A stretch of 58,414 bases of DNA, from the NCBI GenBank assembly GCA_035289305.1, contig DATDXN010000015.1:1-58414 (forward strand). The letters are read 5' to 3'. Position 1 is the stretch's first letter; the number at the start of each line of letters is the position of its first letter. The position numbers and the translations under genes are program-made. Under the pieces are notes generated by a model. That model was not told the origin of the DNA. It saw nothing but the letters and a program-made list of their open reading frames with translations, and did no database searches. Positions 53,580 through 58,414 of this stretch are shown piece by piece. This DNA is from Patescibacteria group bacterium (GTDB taxonomy: Bacteria; Patescibacteriota; Microgenomatia; UBA1406; HO2-37-13b).

Positions 53580-56395
53580 GGTATTTTTTTTACCATCAGC
53601 TTTTCACCTTTTTGAATTTCTTTTGCCATTACTTTTTGTTTAATAAGATCTGCAAATTTTTGCGGATAATCAGGAAGAGTCACCGCGATGAGATCCGTTG
53701 GCGCAAGGCCCTGCGCTTTTCTCTCAAGTTGTATGGAACGTATAAGCTCTCGCACAGTGCCCATTTCAGTATCCTGATTGGACTTATCTGCTGTTTTATC
53801 GGGAATAGTAATATCGCCTGCTTCTCCTGCATACATTAATACCTTCACATTCACCTCTTCCAAAACGACCCGTTCAATGTCTCCTTTTATACGAAAAGGC
53901 CCGCTATATGAAACTACATTGAGGGGAATTCTCACAGCAATAGTATGTTTTTTTCTCAAGGCATGAATTGCTGAAGCCAACTGTATCCCTTGATTCATTT
54001 CATTTTCAAGCTTTTTATCATGATGGGACGCATACGTTTCTTTCGTGTAGGGCCAATCTGATAAATGTACTGATGTTTCATTGGTGAGATTTTTGTATAT
54101 TTCTTCGCTGATAAAAGGGGCAAATGGAGCAAAGACCTTTGTATACTGCACAAGCACCTCCCACAATGTTTGATATGCATCCTTTTTGTCTTGTATATCT
54201 TTCACATGTGGTGCCACACGTTCACGTATTCTTCGCACATACCATTTTGAAAGATCATTGATAAAAACGTGCGCATGATTGACCGCATTAGAAACATCAT
54301 ACTGTTCAAGACTTTCATTCACATTTTTTGTCATTCCCCAAAGACGAGACAGTATCCACCGATCAAGTATATGTGTGGGTTTAAACGCTTTTTTGAGCGG
54401 TGACCATTTGTTTGAAGATGCATAGGTGATAAAAAATTTATATACATTCCACAATATCAGAAGCATTCCTCTGACCTGATCTTTGTATTCTTTTTCAGAA
54501 ATACAAACATCCTCACCCTTCATCACGGGACTACTCAAAAGATAGAGGCGCAGTGCATCACCGCCATGCGTGAGAAGCATTTCACGAGGATCGGGATAAT
54601 TATGATAGTTTTTGCTCATTTTACGGCCATCATCACCCAAAATCACTCCTGTAACGACAACATTTTTAAAGGCGAAAGATGAAAAAATTGCGTTTGCGAC
54701 AACGTGAAGCACATAAAACCACGCTCTGATTTGACCTGTATATTCGGCGATAAAGTCAGGAGGAAAAAAATCGGGGAGCTTCACCTGTTTGTTGAAAGGA
54801 TAATGCACCTGTGCCCACGGGGCTGATGCGGCCTCGATCCAGCTATCAAGTACCTCACTCACTCTGCGCGCACGCTTACCACATTTTATACATGTGACTA
54901 CCACGTTATCAACTGCCGGTCTGTGAAGATCTTTCACTTTCTGCCCCGATCTCTCTTCAAGTTCCTTCACACTTCCTGGCACGAAACGCTCCCCGCACGC
55001 ACACTCCCATACAGGCACGGGCGAACCAAAATAGCGATTTCGTGAAATACACCAGTCAGGCGCAGCCTCCATGCTTTTTAAAAATCTGCCATGCTTGAAA
55101 TGATCAGGAAACCAATAAATATCTTCATTTGTCTTCTTCATTCTTTCTTTAAGCTGCTGAACATCGACATACCACGCATCGTACGGGGCATAATACAAGC
55201 GCGTGCGGCAACGCCAGCACAGGGGAATACTGTGCGTATGAGGTGTCTCGCTGTACAAAAGACCACGTTTCTTCAATTCTTCATTAATCAATGGATTTGC
55301 CTCAAGATAATTCATTCCCCCCCATTGTGGCACTTCTTTTTTGATAATTCCCTCCTCATCCACATGCAGCACTACCTGAATATGCTCTTTTTTCATGACA
55401 GCTAAATCTTCCTCGCCATATGGAGCTATAGTCACAATGCCCGTTCCCTCACCCGCCGTCACAAATTCTCCTCCCACGACGACAAAAGATTTCTTATTTT
55501 TTTCCCGCGGGAAAAATGAAAAATGAGGTTCGTATTTCATACTCAAAAGTTTTTCTCCTTTATACGTTTGCTCTATAGAAAAAGGTCCCTGCAGCATTTT
55601 TGTCGTTGATGCAGCAAGAATATAATATTCATTTCCTTGTTTCACCTTCACATAATCAAGCTGTGGATTAACAGCAAGAGCGGTGGTCACAAGTTTGTTC
55701 CATGGCGTTGTAGACCATGCTAGGAAATAGGTATTTTTCTCGCCTGCCAATTTATATTTATAGATATTGGACGGCTCCGTAACTGATATGTAGTTATCAG
55801 CATCCATCGCTACCTCAAAATTAGAAATAGGAGTCACACAATGAGGACAGTACAAAGATACTCGAAGACCCTTATAAATATAGCCTTTTTCATACATTTG
55901 TTTAAACATCCACATGACTGTCTCCATATAGTCAAAATTCATGGTTTTGTACGCATTTTTGAAATCCACCCATCGACCTATGTGGTCGACATACCATTCC
56001 CATTCAGAAGACACTTCACTCACATAGAACTTACATTCCTTGATAAATCGCTCAATTCCCACTTTGTCTTCAATATCTTTTTTTCGTTTGATATGTAGTT
56101 TGTTTTCGACCTTATTTTCGGCAGGAAGACCGTGACAATCCCAACCCCACAGACGATCAACTCTATATCCCTTCATTGTCCAAAAACGGGGAAAAACATC
56201 TTTGACAATTGAGGAAAGTAGAGTCCCATAATGAGGAAGACCGGTGATAAAGGGCGGACCGTCTAAAAACGTCCATTTTTTTGAAGCAGGGTTTTTCTCG
56301 ACAGATTTTTCAAAAATCCGATTTTTTTTCCAGTAATGCAATATTTTTTCTTCGATCTCTGGAAAATTGGGAAACGCTGAAACAGGATCAAACAT
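53576..56395 (-). CDS. ileS: Isoleucine--tRNA ligase (type 2)
   Basis: DGPPF, WGWDCHGLP, WSTTPW, DWCISRNRYFG and KMSK motifs; start MFDP at 56395. Confidence 0.93.
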   Translation of the reverse strand: MFDPVSAFPNFPEIEEKILHYWKKNRIFEKSVEKNPASKKWTFLDGPPFITGLPHYGTLLSSIVKDVFPRFWTMKGYRVDRLWGWDCHGLPAENKVENKLHIKRKKDIEDKVGIERFIKECKFYVSEVSSEWEWYVDHIGRWVDFKNAYKTMNFDYMETVMWMFKQMYEKGYIYKGLRVSLYCPHCVTPISNFEVAMDADNYISVTEPSNIYKYKLAGEKNTYFLAWSTTPWNKLVTTALAVNPQLDYVKVKQGNEYYILAASTTKMLQGPFSIEQTYKGEKLLSMKYEPHFSFFPREKNKKSFVVVGGEFVTAGEGTGIVTIAPYGEEDLAVMKKEHIQVVLHVDEEGIIKKEVPQWGGMNYLEANPLINEELKKRGLLYSETPHTHSIPLCWRCRTRLYYAPYDAWYVDVQQLKERMKKTNEDIYWFPDHFKHGRFLKSMEAAPDWCISRNRYFGSPVPVWECACGERFVPGSVKELEERSGQKVKDLHRPAVDNVVVTCIKCGKRARRVSEVLDSWIEAASAPWAQVHYPFNKQVKLPDFFPPDFIAEYTGQIRAWFYVLHVVANAIFSSFAFKNVVVTGVILGDDGRKMSKNYHNYPDPREMLLTHGGDALRLYLLSSPVMKGEDVCISEKEYKDQVRGMLLILWNVYKFFITYASSNKWSPLKKAFKPTHILDRWILSRLWGMTKNVNESLEQYDVSNAVNHAHVFINDLSKWYVRRIRERVAPHVKDIQDKKDAYQTLWEVLVQYTKVFAPFAPFISEEIYKNLTNETSVHLSDWPYTKETYASHHDKKLENEMNQGIQLASAIHALRKKHTIAVRIPLNVVSYSGPFRIKGDIERVVLEEVNVKVLMYAGEAGDITIPDKTADKSNQDTEMGTVRELIRSIQLERKAQGLAPTDLIAVTLPDYPQKFADLIKQKVMAKEIQKGEKLMVKKIP

Positions 56396-56437
56396 ACTGA
56401 TACGTAGTGTAGCAAAAAGAAGAATTTTATGCAATTT

Positions 56438-57559
56438 CTAGTGGATTTTTTTGCGCAAGAATGTAGGGATATCAAATTCATCATCATCCATCATTACTTC
56501 ATCTTCTTTTTGATCGTTTTTTTCTTTCTGTGCATTGTGGGAGGCAAATATGGTTTCTGATGCATTCTCCTGCTGTTTGCTCTTCATTTTCAAAATACGC
56601 AGACGTGCTTCATCAAATTTCGTGGCAATCACCGTGATTTTCACCTGGTCGGTCATTTTTTCATTGATGACTGCGCCAAAAATAATATCAGCGTCCGCAT
56701 CAACGGTTTTTGCAATGATATTTGCCGCCTCATCTATTTCATTCATGGATAAGTCTGAACCACCCATGACGTTGAAAAGCACCCCTCGTGCGCCCTCAAT
56801 AGATGTCTCAAGAAGAGGAGAGGAAATCGCCTGTTTGATGGCTGCAAGAATTCTTCCCTCACCCGTTCCTGTTCCTATGCCCATAAGCGCCGTACCTGCA
56901 TTGCTCATGATGGTTTTCACATCGGCAAAATCGACGTTGATCAAACCAGGTGTTGTGATCAATTCTGCAATAGCTTTCACACCTTGATGGAGTATTGAGT
57001 CTATTTTTTTAAATGCCTGTGTCACGCCTACTTTTTTATCAATAACCTCCAAAACACGCTGATTTGGAATGATGATGAGCGTATCGACCTTGTCTTTAAG
57101 CTGCGATATGCCTTCCTCTGCTGTTACTTTTCTCCTCGATCCTTCAAAATTAAATGGTTTCGTCACTACTGCAACGGTCAATGCACCGGATTCTTTCCCA
57201 ACTTCTGCCACGATAGGAGCGCCACCCGTGCCAGTGCCACCTCCTTCACCGCATGCGATGAAAATCATGTCTGCGCCGCTTAAATGTTCCTTGATTTTTT
57301 CTCTCGATTCTTCTGCGGCTTTAAGACCAACTTCAGGATCTCCGCCTGACCCAAGTCCTTTTGTGAGATTTTCGCCGATTTGGATTTTTACATGTGCTTT
57401 ATGATGAAGCAATGCTTGAGCATCAGTGTTTAAAATAACAAATTCAACACCACGGATATCTTCCTCAATCATCATGGAAGAAATTGCGTTACCGCCTCCT
57501 CCACCAACTCCCACGACTTTTATTTTTGCTGGTTGTCCTGCTTTGGGTTTAATAAGCAT
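56438..57559 (-). CDS. ftsZ: Cell division protein FtsZ
   Basis: GVGGGGGNA, GGGTGTG, NVDFADV and the DIPTFLR tail. Confidence 0.97.
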   Translation of the reverse strand: MLIKPKAGQPAKIKVVGVGGGGGNAISSMMIEEDIRGVEFVILNTDAQALLHHKAHVKIQIGENLTKGLGSGGDPEVGLKAAEESREKIKEHLSGADMIFIACGEGGGTGTGGAPIVAEVGKESGALTVAVVTKPFNFEGSRRKVTAEEGISQLKDKVDTLIIIPNQRVLEVIDKKVGVTQAFKKIDSILHQGVKAIAELITTPGLINVDFADVKTIMSNAGTALMGIGTGTGEGRILAAIKQAISSPLLETSIEGARGVLFNVMGGSDLSMNEIDEAANIIAKTVDADADIIFGAVINEKMTDQVKITVIATKFDEARLRILKMKSKQQENASETIFASHNAQKEKNDQKEDEVMMDDDEFDIPTFLRKKIH

Positions 57560-57613
57560 AAAAAGTGAATACTTTCATTATACTTGACCAGAATAATTAC
57601 TGCAATCGCGGCC

Positions 57614-58414
57614 TCAAGGAAGAAATGATTTGAAAAGATCAGTGACTTTTTTGAAAGACCCTTTGACAGAAAAATTACGGAAAATTGAACCAAAATCTTT
57701 AAAATGCATTTTTTCCTCACTACCTCTTTTTTCATTGCCATACAAAATAAGACCAACAACCGCTGCAAATGGAGGATACATGACTTCATCAACAAGTCCT
57801 GTGACCCCTTGGGGTACTCCAATGCGGGCTGAAAGCCCGATGACTTTTTTCGCAACCTCCACGACCCCGATGGTTTGTGCTCCACCTCCGGTGATGACTA
57901 AGCCCGAGGGAACCATGGTGAAAAACCCGCTTTTTTCAATCTCCTCAAACACTTTCTCAAAAATTTCATCAAGCCTGGGCTTGATGATTCCATCAGACAC
58001 TGTTTTAAAAGATACGGTCGAAAGTCCTTCAACTAACCGAAGCTCTGCAATATCAATATCATCTTTTCTTAGAGGTTTGAGGAGCGAGTGGTGACCTTCA
58101 TGTTTCTTGTGTATTTTCTCAAGAAGAAATAATTTGATTTTTTCTGCCGAATCAAGAGAAACACGAAGACCTACTGCAATATCGTTGGTGATATGTCGCG
58201 CACCCATCGGTATTGAGGAAGAATATGAAAGCGCTCCGTCTACATACATACACACATCAGTTTTCCCCCCGCCAATATCAACGGTCACGACACCGAGCTC
58301 TTTTTCCGTATCCGAAAGCGTTGACAGAGAACTCGCAAGACCGGAGAAAACATAAGAGCTCCTTTCTATACCCAAATCCGAGAGACTGCGCTCGATGTTG
58401 CGCAGATTTGTGAC
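57614..58414 (-). CDS. ftsA: Cell division protein FtsA, 3' part; starts beyond the window end
   Basis: VDIGGGKTD, ITNDIA, AEKIK, VITGGG and an amphipathic C-terminal helix; frame is open to the window end. Confidence 0.95.
   Translation of the reverse strand, partial: VTNLRNIERSLSDLGIERSSYVFSGLASSLSTLSDTEKELGVVTVDIGGGKTDVCMYVDGALSYSSSIPMGARHITNDIAVGLRVSLDSAEKIKLFLLEKIHKKHEGHHSLLKPLRKDDIDIAELRLVEGLSTVSFKTVSDGIIKPRLDEIFEKVFEEIEKSGFFTMVPSGLVITGGGAQTIGVVEVAKKVIGLSARIGVPQGVTGLVDEVMYPPFAAVVGLILYGNEKRGSEEKMHFKDFGSIFRNFSVKGSFKKVTDLFKSFLP

Overview
Compact, gene-dense window from a reduced-genome bacterium using genetic code 11. It is most likely Patescibacteria/CPR, Microgenomates-like; this is an inference from the short HolA and ATP synthase delta, the PsbP-like membrane protein and the unlinked 23S gene. 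About 90% is housekeeping: a sugar-phosphate/lower-glycolysis block (PMM, PGI/PMI, ppsA, eno, gpmI, pfkB, acsA), uvrB-uvrA-(transglutaminase)-uvrC, a stand-alone tRNA-Ala + 23S rRNA unit with no 16S or 5S, a complete atp operon, dnaE, gatCAB, htpX-lemA-polX, 8 intact tRNAs plus a tRNA-Gly half, rplU-rpmA, rodA, ileS, ftsZ and part of ftsA. The first ~1.9 kb is an accessory or decayed island (nitrilase-family start, broken NadE, serine-recombinase relic, ORFan). I found no CRISPR array, intact transposase, prophage, intein or large rRNA intron. The least-explained signals are small. (1) Micro-palindromes of 17-28 bp, several with short flanking direct repeats, sit in spacers, in a larger REP, in the 23S rRNA and in two coding sequences. 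(2) A 69-bp element occurs twice, 24 kb apart, each time between a stop codon and a TTGACT promoter. (3) Seven of eight tRNAs encode discriminator-C-A rather than CCA. (4) An exported transglutaminase-like protein overlaps both uvrA and uvrC. (5) Several core enzymes have non-canonical catalytic motifs. Product calls come from motif recognition and comparisons with model organisms from memory; no database search was run.
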